The notes under the pieces: model-generated
What the model was told of the DNA's origin: nothing
What the model saw: only the letters and a program-made list of their open reading frames with translations
The model's database searches: none
DNA from: Bacillota bacterium
GTDB lineage: Bacteria; Bacillota; Clostridia; Acetivibrionales; DTU013
Direction: 5' to 3'
DNA: 64,000 nucleotides
NCBI GenBank assembly: GCA_023435745.1
Contig: JAEZMD010000018.1
Coordinates: forward strand, 344,090-408,089
Program-made: the position numbers and the translations under genes
Part shown: in pieces, positions 18,844 through 28,867 of the stretch
Layout: each line of letters starts with the position of its first letter
Numbering within the stretch: position 1 is the first letter of the stretch

Positions 18844-20136
18844 ATGCTATTAAAGATAGAGAAATCTCTAACACATGGAAGTATCATGATTCCGGGGTCT
18901 AAGTCCCATACGATCAGAGCGCTGTTTATAGCAAGCCTTGCACGCGGGCGGTCAGTAATAGTTAATCCGTTGCTTTCAAAAGATACGCTCTCAGCAATAA
19001 ATGTGTGCCGATCCTTCGGAATCAAATTTGAGAATGGCGTGGACCGCTTTATTGTTCATGGCTTTGACGGTACGCCCTGTGTGCCTGAGGATGTTGTTGA
19101 TGTAGGCAATTCGGGCACATCACTGCGCATCGCAATGATGACTGCAGGCTTGATAAATGGCTGTACAGTATTTACAGGGGACTATCAGATTCGTAAAAGA
19201 CCACTGGGAGCGTTGATTCGTGCAATGAACGAACTTGGCGGGGAGGTCTTTACCACCCGTGGGAATGATATGGCTCCTGTTGTTGTAAAAGGCCGGCTCA
19301 GAGGTGGAAAAGCCCAACTGGACGCCGTTACATCCCAATATCTTTCCTCTATATTAATCAATGCGCCGCTGCTGGACGGCGACACTCAGATTGAAGTCAC
19401 CAGGCTCAATGAGATACCATATGTTGAGATGACCATGTGGTGGCTTAATAATCAAGGGATTGAATATAGAAACGATCAATTTAAAAATATATATATCAGA
19501 GGCGGACAGAAGTACAAGCCATTCGACATCTCCATTCCCGGTGATTTTTCAAGTGCAACGTTTTTTATGGTCCTCGCGGCAGTATCAGGCGGGGAGTTCA
19601 TTCTAAAGAATCTGGACATGGCTGATTCGCAGGGGGATAAGAAGGTGCTGGATTATTTGCAGGAGATGGGAGCTGTGGTTCGTTACACCGAGGAAGGCAT
19701 CATTATAAAAGGCAATGGCCTTAAAGGAATCGAAATTGATATGAACTCTACGCCTGATGCATTGCCGGCAATGGCGGTTGCAGGATGCTTTGCCGAGGGT
19801 GAGACACGCCTTGTCAATGTGCCGCAGGCCAGGTTGAAGGAGACGGACAGGATCCGTGTAATGTGTACTGAATTGGGAAGAATGGGCGCGGACATTGAGG
19901 AGCTGCCTGACGGTTTAATTATCAGAAGCAGCAGATTGAAAGGCTGTAAGGTTAACGGGTATGACGACCACAGGATCGTCATGGCACTGGCCGTTGCCGG
20001 CCTGAATTCAGACGGTGAGACAATCATTGATACTGCGGAGGCCATGAATGTGACATTTCCGGCATTCCCGCAGCTCATCAGAGAGTGCGGAGGAAATATT
20101 GAACTGATCAAGGAAGGATCGGATTCCGGCCTTTAA
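18844..20136 (+). CDS. aroA: 3-phosphoshikimate 1-carboxyvinyltransferase (EPSP synthase)
   Basis: Contains PGSKSHTIRAL, GNSGTSLR and RPLGAL motifs, and the length of 430 aa fits. Confidence 0.9.
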   Translation: MLLKIEKSLTHGSIMIPGSKSHTIRALFIASLARGRSVIVNPLLSKDTLSAINVCRSFGIKFENGVDRFIVHGFDGTPCVPEDVVDVGNSGTSLRIAMMTAGLINGCTVFTGDYQIRKRPLGALIRAMNELGGEVFTTRGNDMAPVVVKGRLRGGKAQLDAVTSQYLSSILINAPLLDGDTQIEVTRLNEIPYVEMTMWWLNNQGIEYRNDQFKNIYIRGGQKYKPFDISIPGDFSSATFFMVLAAVSGGEFILKNLDMADSQGDKKVLDYLQEMGAVVRYTEEGIIIKGNGLKGIEIDMNSTPDALPAMAVAGCFAEGETRLVNVPQARLKETDRIRVMCTELGRMGADIEELPDGLIIRSSRLKGCKVNGYDDHRIVMALAVAGLNSDGETIIDTAEAMNVTFPAFPQLIRECGGNIELIKEGSDSGL

Positions 20137-20148
20137 GGAGGGTTAACC

Positions 20149-21330
20149 ATGTTTGGAAATACATTTGGGAGAATGTTTCGGATAACCACTTGCGGGGAGT
20201 CCTACTCAGGGGGATTCCGGAAAGATCCGGTCATACCGCGGGAGCTTTATGGCGGGCAAATGGTCATTGTAGATGGCGTTCCTCCGGGATTGAAGATTAC
20301 TGCCGAAATCATCCAGGAGGAACTGGACAAGCGCAAACCCGGGAACTCCAGTCTCAGCACGCCACGAAAGGAAGCAGACAGAGTCTTCGTATACTCAGGG
20401 GTAATGGAGGATAACCTGTCTACAGGCGCGCCCATAGGATTGATCATACCCAGCAGCGACATTGAAGAGGTGCATATACGTCAGCATAAGGAGAACCGTG
20501 ACCTGGTCAGACCGGGACAGGCCTCCTATACATATTATAAGAAGTATGGCCGTTATTACGATTGGGCCGGGGCAGGCAGAGCGTCTGCAAGGGAAACGGT
20601 GGCGCGAGTTGCCGGTGGCGCCGTAGCAAAGCAGATTCTTGACAGGATGGGCATAGATGTCATCGCTTATATTGTCGAGTCGCACGGAATCAAAGCAGCA
20701 CCGGTTACTTATGAAATTGCGAAGGCCAATTACCGTAAAAATGAACTGAACTGTCCGGATCTTGAGAAGGCACAGGAAATGATCGACGATCTGCTGAAGG
20801 TCAAGGCGGCAAAGGATTCCTGCGGAGGGGTTGTTGAGGTAATAGCGGCCGGCGTCCCTGCCGGTTTGGGCGAACCTGTATTTGACAAGCTCAGTGCAAC
20901 GATCGCTCAAGCAATGATTTCCATTGGGGGCGTAAAGGGGATCGAGATTGGCGACGGCTTTAAACTTGCCGCAATGACCGGATCCGAGTCTAACGATACT
21001 CCTTATTATGATAAGGAAGCCGGCAGGATACGTTTTCGCACCAATAGAGCCGGAGGCTTGCTCGGAGGCATATCCAACGGAGAGGAAATCAGGATCAGAG
21101 TTGCGGCAAAGCCTACTTCAACCATTTTACAGCAGCAGACTACTGTTGATATTGCCAAAGGTACGAGCGTGGAGCATGTGTTTGCTTCAAGAAGCGATCC
21201 TACTATCTGTACAAGGCTTTACCCGGTTTGCGAAGCAATGATGAGAATCACTCTTCTGGATGCGATATATATGGCGGAGGGATATAAAAAAATCGCTTCC
21301 GTTATCGATCCACAGTGGGAGCAATTATGA
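20149..21330 (+). CDS. aroC: Chorismate synthase homologue, divergent active-site motifs
   Basis: Collinear with AroC overall (GVPAGLGEPVFDKL, GGLLGGISNGEEI, AKPTSTI). However it reads GESYSG instead of GESHG, RPGQAS instead of RPGHAD, and SRSDPT instead of GRHDPC. Confidence 0.75.
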   Translation: MFGNTFGRMFRITTCGESYSGGFRKDPVIPRELYGGQMVIVDGVPPGLKITAEIIQEELDKRKPGNSSLSTPRKEADRVFVYSGVMEDNLSTGAPIGLIIPSSDIEEVHIRQHKENRDLVRPGQASYTYYKKYGRYYDWAGAGRASARETVARVAGGAVAKQILDRMGIDVIAYIVESHGIKAAPVTYEIAKANYRKNELNCPDLEKAQEMIDDLLKVKAAKDSCGGVVEVIAAGVPAGLGEPVFDKLSATIAQAMISIGGVKGIEIGDGFKLAAMTGSESNDTPYYDKEAGRIRFRTNRAGGLLGGISNGEEIRIRVAAKPTSTILQQQTTVDIAKGTSVEHVFASRSDPTICTRLYPVCEAMMRITLLDAIYMAEGYKKIASVIDPQWEQL

Positions 21331-21830
21331 TGGCGAAGTCCGAAAACAGGAAGAATATCATACTCATCGGTATGCCCGGCGCCGGGAAAAGCACTGTTGG
21401 CGCACTGCTGGCCCGAAAGCTTGGACGAGCCTTTGTGGACACGGACGAACTGGTGAGAAAACTCGATGGGCGTCCTCTGAGGGATATTGTTGCTGAGGAT
21501 GGGCCGGAAAGATTTCTGGAAATACAAAATGCTGCTATAATGCCGATGGAATTCAACAATTGCATCATCGCGACAGGCGGCGGCGTAGTAAAAAGCGACG
21601 AGCTGATGCAATATCTGAAAAGGGCAGGTACCATTGTGTATCTGAAGGAGGATCCATACACGCTTGAGATGCGGCTGGAACCCGGAAGAAGGCTGGCAAG
21701 ATCAGACGGACAGACCTTCAGATTGCTATTTGAGGAGCGGGATCCTTTGTATATGAAGTATGCTGATTATGTTGTGAATTGCGCAGCAAAATCACCTGAA
21801 AAAATAGCACTGGAGATTATCAATGAATGA
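21327..21830 (+). CDS. aroK: Shikimate kinase
   Basis: Contains the P-loop GMPGAGKSTVG, followed by FVDTD. The ATG at 21327 overlaps the aroC stop (ATGA) and follows GGGAG. Confidence 0.85.
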   Translation: MMAKSENRKNIILIGMPGAGKSTVGALLARKLGRAFVDTDELVRKLDGRPLRDIVAEDGPERFLEIQNAAIMPMEFNNCIIATGGGVVKSDELMQYLKRAGTIVYLKEDPYTLEMRLEPGRRLARSDGQTFRLLFEERDPLYMKYADYVVNCAAKSPEKIALEIINE

Positions 21831-22641
21831 TTTGATTTCTGTAATAATCGCAGACGACAATCCGGAGTTTTGCACATTGCTTCATGAGTACATTGATCGT
21901 ACCGGAGATATGATTGTAAAGGGTACTGCAAATAATGGCATTGAAGCTGTTGAGCTAATCCGGCAGCTAACGCCGGATGTTGTTGTGTTGGATATAATCA
22001 TGCCAAAGCTGGATGGAATAGGTGTTTTAGAGAAAATCTCGGAAATGCCCTTTTCAAAAAGACCGATTCGCGTAGTATTGTCTGCAATTGGAAAAGATGC
22101 TGTCGTTCGCAGCGCTATTGAGCTCGGGGCGGATTATTACATCATGAAGCCTTTGGATTTTAATGATTTGGCTTCACATATAAGAAGGTTGTATGAAATG
22201 AGAGATCAGCCGAAAATGGAGCAGCAAGCAGCTTGGAAAAGTAAGGATGCTCTTGTGTCCGGATCAGGCGGCAGAAATCTTGAACAGATTGTAACCGTTC
22301 TGATTAACAATATCGGGATAACACCTAATCTGGCAGGGTATCGTATACTCAGGGAGGCAGTTATTCTTTTAGCGAATGAACCGGCGGCTATGAAATCCAT
22401 ATCAAAGCTTGCCTATCCTGTGTTGGCCGAAAGAAATAAAATGACTTCGAGAAATATCGACAGAGCAATTCGATGCGCAATCAGCAGCGCACGTAATAAA
22501 CAAAAAAATGACAATAATTGTAGAATAATTACATCGATTTTTTCCGGAGCCGGAAAGAATCCAAGCAACTCGCTTGTACTTAGAGTCCTTGCTGAAAAAA
22601 CGATACAAATGATGAATATGGGTACTGTTGAGCGGGATTGA
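21823..22641 (+). CDS. Spo0A-family response regulator (REC plus Spo0A_C-like domain), divergent
   Basis: The receiver (VIIADDNPEF...VVVLDIIMPKLDGIGVLEKI) is close to Spo0A. The C-terminal domain is collinear with Spo0A_C but its recognition region is altered (MTSRNIDRAIRCAISSAR). It overlaps aroK by 8 nt. Confidence 0.65.
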   Translation: MNDLISVIIADDNPEFCTLLHEYIDRTGDMIVKGTANNGIEAVELIRQLTPDVVVLDIIMPKLDGIGVLEKISEMPFSKRPIRVVLSAIGKDAVVRSAIELGADYYIMKPLDFNDLASHIRRLYEMRDQPKMEQQAAWKSKDALVSGSGGRNLEQIVTVLINNIGITPNLAGYRILREAVILLANEPAAMKSISKLAYPVLAERNKMTSRNIDRAIRCAISSARNKQKNDNNCRIITSIFSGAGKNPSNSLVLRVLAEKTIQMMNMGTVERD

Positions 22642-22661
22642 ACCTATCATAAAATTAAAAC

Positions 22662-22692
22662 AAAAAAGACTGCCCCAAGGCAGTCTTTCTTG
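22662..22692. terminator. Bidirectional terminator shared by the spo0A-like gene and hup
   Basis: AAGACTGCC (22666-22674) pairs with GGCAGTCTT (22679-22687), flanked by an A-run and a T-run. Confidence 0.75.
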
Positions 22693-22705
22693 TGCTATTG
22701 AAGCC

Positions 22706-22987
22706 TTATTTTTTCTTGTTAACTGTATCCTTTAAAACCTTGCCAGCCTTGAACACAGGAGCTTTGGAAGCAGGAATAGTAATTTCTTTCTTAGTTTGAG
22801 GGTTTCTGCCCTTGCGAGCTGCTCTTTTCCTAACTTCGAATGTTCCGAAGCCAACCAATACTACTTTGTCTCCACCCTTGAGAGCATCCTGTACGGAACC
22901 GATAAAGGCGTTAAGTGCTGCTTCGCTGTTCTTTTTGTTCAAACCGGATTTTGAGGCAATAGAATTGATTAAATCTGTTTTGTTCAT
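22706..22987 (-). CDS. hup: HU family DNA-binding protein
   Basis: Reads [11 protein letters not shown]...[20 protein letters not shown], the canonical HU sequence, at 93 aa. Confidence 0.92.
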   Translation of the reverse strand: MNKTDLINSIASKSGLNKKNSEAALNAFIGSVQDALKGGDKVVLVGFGTFEVRKRAARKGRNPQTKKEITIPASKAPVFKAGKVLKDTVNKKK

Positions 22988-23115
22988 TAATACAACCTCC
23001 TAAATTTGGAATTCGACATTATTTTATAATGAAAACGGCTTCAAGTCAAGCCTTCAGCAATAATTTAGTCTGATAGAACTACATTAAACATGCATATGTG
23101 ACTATATGTTTATTT

Positions 23116-23496
23116 TTACGACAAAATTCTCAACTCTATATCATTTTTCAGCACTGATTTCAGCTCTTTCAGAAAGCGATCTTCTTTGCTTTTCAACCGC
23201 GATTTTCCAAGAATAATACAATGAATATGATTTTCATCTGCATATCGTGCAATGGTCCCTGGGATATCTTTAGATTTCAGCACAGCCAGATTTGCTCCGA
23301 TGCTTTTTGAAAGGCCGAAAAGATATTCCAGCGCTTCTGATTCCGTATTGCTGTCTAAAAAATTAACATCATCCTTAACGACGTTAATAACATACAAGTT
23401 TCCGTTGTAATTCTTCATTAGTTCATTGGCTGCACTAATCAAGCGCTCACAGGTTTTTTGCTGTGTGACGCATACAAGTATATTTTTCGTTTCCAC
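23116..23496 (-). CDS. Universal stress protein (USP/KdpD-Usp-like) domain protein
   Basis: ILVCVTQQKTCERLI...LYVINVV...IHCIILGKS shows the USP alpha/beta pattern. The GTG start follows AAAGAGG, and an extended -10 (TGGTATAAT) lies upstream on the minus strand. Confidence 0.6.
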   Translation of the reverse strand: METKNILVCVTQQKTCERLISAANELMKNYNGNLYVINVVKDDVNFLDSNTESEALEYLFGLSKSIGANLAVLKSKDIPGTIARYADENHIHCIILGKSRLKSKEDRFLKELKSVLKNDIELRILS

Positions 23497-23593
23497 AAAA
23501 ATGCCTCTTTTCGTTCCGTTTTCAAGAACCGTCCTATAAGTTATTATACCAAACAGGATTGTAAAAGTCTTAAGGCAACTTGTGAATTTTTAT

Positions 23594-23836
23594 TTTGCTG
23601 CAACAGGCCGGTCTAGCTCCGAAATCGGCTTGTCCATGCAGTATTACTGCCCAAGAACTGCATGAGTTGCAGCATGATTCACAACAGGGCATGCTGCAAT
23701 TTGTAAAATACCGATTGCACCAATGCATTTCAGTTCAAGGTTCCAATGCTGAAATGCCTCCCCTGCGAGTTTTGGGATCGTGGCTTGCAGGGGCAAGTCG
23801 TCTGTGATACTCTAATCGACTTGGTGCGGTGCAATC
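23594..23836 (+). ncRNA. Candidate structured RNA: five tandem stem-loops, three of them closed into a four-way junction (function unknown)
   Basis: Paired arms are as follows. H1: 23635-42 with 23657-64. H2: 23665-76 with 23690-701. P0: 23713-21 with 23828-36. H3: 23725-33 with 23749-57. H4: 23760-69 with 23784-93. H5: 23794-800 with 23817-23. There is no convincing ORF or RBS on either strand. The G-U pairs in H2 and H4 favour the plus strand. Confidence 0.3.
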
Positions 23837-23850
23837 AATTTTGTATGAAC

Positions 23851-23879
23851 TTGCATTTTATACATCCATCATTTATTAT
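23851..23879 (+). promoter_or_regulatory. Sigma-A-like promoter upstream of the fumarate hydratase genes
   Basis: TTGCAT (23851-56), a 17-nt spacer, then TATTAT (23874-79). Confidence 0.5.
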
Positions 23880-23932
23880 GATTACGTAGCAGTGAGCGGC
23901 ATATCAATCATCCGCTGCTATTGGAGGACAGA

Positions 23933-24775
23933 ATGAAGGAAATAAGCGTTTCAAAAATAACAGATGTGGTCGAGCAGCTTTGTATAAGTGCAAACTATGA
24001 TCTGAACAGCGATATCATGGAGGCTCTTGAAACGGGGACGCTTGCTGAGGAATCTCCGACTGGCCGGATAGTGCTTTCCCAGCTTGTTGAGAATGCCAGG
24101 GTTGCCGCCCGGGAGAGAATGGCCATATGTCAGGATACCGGTATGGCTGTGGTTTTCCTTGAATTGGGACAGGAGGTTCACATCGTAGGAGGAAGTCTGA
24201 CACAAGCTATTAACGAAGGGGTCAGACGCGGTTATGAAAAGGGATTTCTAAGGAAGTCCGTCGTATCCGATCCTCTTAAAAGAGTAAATACAGGTGATAA
24301 TACCCCGGCTGTAATCCATTGTGATATAACAGAGGGGGACAGCCTGAAGATAACGCTGGCGCCGAAAGGGTTCGGCAGTGAGAATATGAGCGGAGTAAGG
24401 ATGCTGAAGCCTTCGGACGGAGTGGAAGGGGTAAAAGCTTACATAGAAGAAATGGTTGACAAAGCCGGTTCGAATCCCTGTCCACCTGTCATTGTGGGAG
24501 TTGGGATTGGCGGTACAATGGAGAAGGCGGCGATCCTTGCAAAAAAGGCGTTGCTTCGTCCTGTTAACAGGCGCAATGCAGATGAGGAGCTTCGAAGACT
24601 TGAAGAGGAGCTGCTGACGCGTGTGAATCGTCTTGGAATCGGGCCTGCAGGTCTTGGCGGCAGACTTACCGCACTGGCAGTAAATATTGAGGTTTTTCCG
24701 ACACATATTGCCGGACTGCCAGTGGCGCTCAATATGGGCTGCCATGTCACCAGGCATGCGGAGGAAGTACTGTGA
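23933..24775 (+). CDS. Class I (Fe-S) fumarate hydratase / tartrate dehydratase family, alpha subunit
   Basis: Contains ICQDTGMAVVF, GFGSENMS and a CPP cluster ligand region. The ATG at 23933 follows GGAGGA. Confidence 0.85.
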   Translation: MKEISVSKITDVVEQLCISANYDLNSDIMEALETGTLAEESPTGRIVLSQLVENARVAARERMAICQDTGMAVVFLELGQEVHIVGGSLTQAINEGVRRGYEKGFLRKSVVSDPLKRVNTGDNTPAVIHCDITEGDSLKITLAPKGFGSENMSGVRMLKPSDGVEGVKAYIEEMVDKAGSNPCPPVIVGVGIGGTMEKAAILAKKALLRPVNRRNADEELRRLEEELLTRVNRLGIGPAGLGGRLTALAVNIEVFPTHIAGLPVALNMGCHVTRHAEEVL

Positions 24776-25359
24776 TGACGGGCAGGGGAGGGATGTCTGT
24801 GGGGGATAAGATCAGGATCGAAACGCCGCTTAGAAGGGATACTGTGATGATGCTGAAAACAGGAGATGCTGTCGAAATCAGCGGGATCATATATGCTGCC
24901 CGCGACGCAGCCCACAAAAAGCTTGTGGCGTTACTAAACGACGGTAAGGAGCTGCCTTTTGATATCAGGGATCAGATCATCTATTATGTTGGCCCATGCC
25001 CGGCGGGTCCCGGACAGGTCATCGGTTCCGCGGGGCCAACCACTTCCGGCAGAATGGATGCATATGCGCCAAAGCTCATTGAACTGGGGCTCACAGGTAT
25101 GATTGGAAAAGGCCTTAGAAACCGGCCGGTCATAGATGCAATTATCCGGCACGGTGCTGTATATTTCGGCGCAGCGGGAGGGGCTGGCGCACTGCTTTCA
25201 AAGTGCATCATTGCCGAGGAAATCATTGCATTTCCGGAACTGGGACCGGAAGCTCTGAGAAAGCTGACGGTAAGGAATTTCCCTGCGATAGTCGTCATAG
25301 ATGCGGCAGGAACGGATCTGTATGAAATCGGTCGGAAAAAATTCAAGACTTTTGCATGA
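24775..25359 (+). CDS. Class I fumarate hydratase family, beta subunit
   Basis: GIIYAARDAAHKKL...YYVGPCPAGPG...GPTTSGRMD is typical of the beta subunit. The start overlaps the alpha subunit stop. Confidence 0.85.
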   Translation: MTGRGGMSVGDKIRIETPLRRDTVMMLKTGDAVEISGIIYAARDAAHKKLVALLNDGKELPFDIRDQIIYYVGPCPAGPGQVIGSAGPTTSGRMDAYAPKLIELGLTGMIGKGLRNRPVIDAIIRHGAVYFGAAGGAGALLSKCIIAEEIIAFPELGPEALRKLTVRNFPAIVVIDAAGTDLYEIGRKKFKTFA

Positions 25360-25468
25360 CCTTTTGAGCGACTTTTGCATGACTGATAAGATCAGCAAAA
25401 GAAGGGTATATTTTAATGGAATAGTAGTGTATAATTAACTGGAATTTTATTCATAGGAGGATTTGATT

Positions 25469-25678
25469 ATGGCAAAAGTAACAAAGGATATGATTATTGC
25501 TGACATTTTAAAGCTTGACAAGGGTACAGTGCCAATATTACTCGGCATTGGAATGCATTGCCTCGGATGCCCGTCTTCCTCAGGCGAAAGTCTTGAAGAC
25601 GCCTGCGCAATACATGGTGTTGATGTTGACCAGATCGTAAAGGAATTAAATGATTATTTGGAATCAAAAGAAGGATAG
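25469..25678 (+). CDS. DUF1858 (hybrid-cluster-protein-associated redox disulfide) small protein
   Basis: Reads ITKDMIIADILKLDKGTVPILLGIGMHCLGCPSSSGESLEDAC. The ATG is 7 nt after GGAGGA. Confidence 0.7.
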   Translation: MAKVTKDMIIADILKLDKGTVPILLGIGMHCLGCPSSSGESLEDACAIHGVDVDQIVKELNDYLESKEG

Positions 25679-25708
25679 TAATCTGTAGTACTGTAGGACG
25701 GAGGATAA

Positions 25709-26983
<1,275 letters not shown>

Positions 26984-27053
26984 TAACACTTCATTTTTAA
27001 AATAAATAAATATTGCGCGTTAAAATGCACCATAAATTGACACCTAACTACTT

Positions 27054-27091
27054 AAATGGTACTATTTATAAATAAATAGTACCATTTTTTT
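27054..27091 (+). terminator. purA terminator
   Basis: A near-perfect 16-nt palindrome, AAATGGTACTATTTAT paired with ATAAATAGTACCATTT, followed by a T7 run. Confidence 0.8.
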
Positions 27092-27127
27092 GACAATACA
27101 TTTTATTTGAATGGAGATTAAAGTAGT

Positions 27128-28621
27128 ATGAAAAAATATTTGGCAGCCCTACTAATTGGAATTATTCTGTTAACCTCGGCTGGATGCTCAAATGAAGAAG
27201 CAGGTCTTTATTCTTTATTGATGGAAACGTCACTTCTTAATGCCTATGAAACCAGTGGAAGTGTTACCGTTTCAATGAAGGGACAAATACTTGATGAAGC
27301 AATGCCTGATGAAGGTAATATGGATGAGATATTAAGTGCTATCAAATCTGGATTTGAAATCAGGTATCACATTAAGGAGAGTAAGAAACCAAATGCGTAC
27401 CAAATCGAAATTCAGTTCAAAAAAAGTGGAGATGCTGATTATGTAGATGTTACAACCATAACCGGTAATGAGGATGTTATGTATGTAAAGTTAGGTGAAC
27501 TTATTCGCTTCATTCAGCCATACGTTCTGCTTAATAATTCAGACGAAGAGCGTTTAATGGATGAGATCATTGAAAAGGTTGACTATCTTCAGATAGATTT
27601 AAAGTCAGGAATGAATACTGCAGTTTACTCGGGAGATGTCATAGAAACTGCGCAAAACGAGAGAATGATTCAACTCATTATGGAATTTGTGGATGTGTTT
27701 AAAGATGCTTTCAGGAATTTCTCGACAGGAATGGTAACAAGAAAGGGCAGCGGGTATGAACTCAGCTTAGAAGCAAAAGATATACAGCCTCTTATTGGCA
27801 GATTTGCAGAGTATTTGTGTGATAATATAGACACAATATTCACCGAGTTGTCCTATAGAATAATTGACATGACAGATGAGGAAATAAAAACAATAGAAGA
27901 AGTGTATCCTATAGGTGAAACTACCAGATCTGAGTTAATTGCAGGACTTGAAGAAATGCGAAATTCTATCAAGTCGATTACGCCAGAGGAGCTGGAAGAT
28001 GCGAAAAACAATGCCATACCGGAGGAAGTTCTCGAAAGTATTGATGGCTCAAGTCTAAGTTATTTTCTGAGCAGAACCGGAAATAAAAGCTATAATATAT
28101 CAACCGCACTTACATTCAAATATGAGGATCAGTTAACAATTGAAGTGAATGACACAGCAAAAATTACCGGTCTGGACGGTTTCTCAATTATTCAGCCGGA
28201 TGAGTTTATAACAATAGAAGAGTATGAGGAAATTGTTGAATCAGTAATCCCGCCAAAGCCAACCAGTATAACAATAAACAGTGTCACCGGAGAGGCAGTA
28301 ATTTCATACACAGACAATACAGAAATTGATACTGTGATATTGCCCATACTAAAAGACGGAAGCAATTATGTGCCATTAAGGTTAGTTGGAGAAGCATTCG
28401 GTGAAAATGTAGGATGGGACGACGCTACAGGAACCCCATATATTGACAGGAATGGTGTAAGAACTGAGATGAAAGGATTTATTAATAATGGGATAGCATA
28501 TACTAAAGTCAGAGACTTTGAACAGCTAGATTATATGGTGTTCTGGAGTGATTATACAAAGGCGATCACCATCTATAGGTTTAACGACAGATCTTTTCTA
28601 AGTGAGGCCAGGCTGTTCTAG
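27128..28621 (+). CDS. Lipoprotein of unknown function with a C-terminal copper-amine-oxidase-N-like domain
   Basis: Carries a lipobox (LLTSAGC). The C-terminus reads YVPLRLVGEAFGENVGWDDATGTPYI. The rest has no motif I recognise. Confidence 0.6.
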   Translation: MKKYLAALLIGIILLTSAGCSNEEAGLYSLLMETSLLNAYETSGSVTVSMKGQILDEAMPDEGNMDEILSAIKSGFEIRYHIKESKKPNAYQIEIQFKKSGDADYVDVTTITGNEDVMYVKLGELIRFIQPYVLLNNSDEERLMDEIIEKVDYLQIDLKSGMNTAVYSGDVIETAQNERMIQLIMEFVDVFKDAFRNFSTGMVTRKGSGYELSLEAKDIQPLIGRFAEYLCDNIDTIFTELSYRIIDMTDEEIKTIEEVYPIGETTRSELIAGLEEMRNSIKSITPEELEDAKNNAIPEEVLESIDGSSLSYFLSRTGNKSYNISTALTFKYEDQLTIEVNDTAKITGLDGFSIIQPDEFITIEEYEEIVESVIPPKPTSITINSVTGEAVISYTDNTEIDTVILPILKDGSNYVPLRLVGEAFGENVGWDDATGTPYIDRNGVRTEMKGFINNGIAYTKVRDFEQLDYMVFWSDYTKAITIYRFNDRSFLSEARLF

Positions 28622-28671
28622 AATATTAGAATAAGGCAAATTGGAATAGGATATATTAGAACGGGTTAATT

Positions 28672-28714
28672 AAAAAGTAAATCCACTTTGTAAGAGGAGT
28701 GGATTTTACTTTTG
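28672..28714 (+). terminator. Terminator after the lipoprotein gene
   Basis: GTAAATCCACT (28677-87) pairs with AGTGGATTTTAC (28698-709) with one bulge, followed by TTTT. Confidence 0.65.
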
Positions 28715-28867
28715 CAATTAAGTCAGAATGCTTTATTGGACAAAAATATGCGATCGCTGGTTGACAAGAGATCGATTATTACTGTATTATATATACTTGT
28801 GTGGCTCGACAGCCACACGGTATATATAATATTACAGCAGCCAAGCAAGCTGCAGGCAATTATATAC

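Noticed and set aside
23570-23728. Cys-rich 52-aa minus-strand reading (MHWCNRYFTNCSMPCCESCCNSC...) and the 70-aa plus-strand track ORF at 23595..23807
   Set aside because: Neither has a usable RBS. The minus ATG is buried in hairpin H3, and the plus ORF starts at a TTG with no SD. The Cys/Ala codon richness is a by-product of the TGCAG/CTGCA palindromes. A peptide is kept only as an alternative in the finding for this region.
25347-25383. 14-bp direct repeat GACTTTTGCATGAC occurring twice across the fumarate hydratase beta stop codon
   Set aside because: It is real in the sequence but short, with only two copies. I cannot attach any terminator or operator logic to it, so it is probably a local duplication of no consequence.
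27128-28621. The lipoprotein gene looks more A/T-rich than its neighbours, which could suggest horizontal acquisition
   Set aside because: This is only a visual impression and I could not compute windowed GC or codon usage. There are no mobility genes, and secreted repeat-poor proteins are often A/T-rich.
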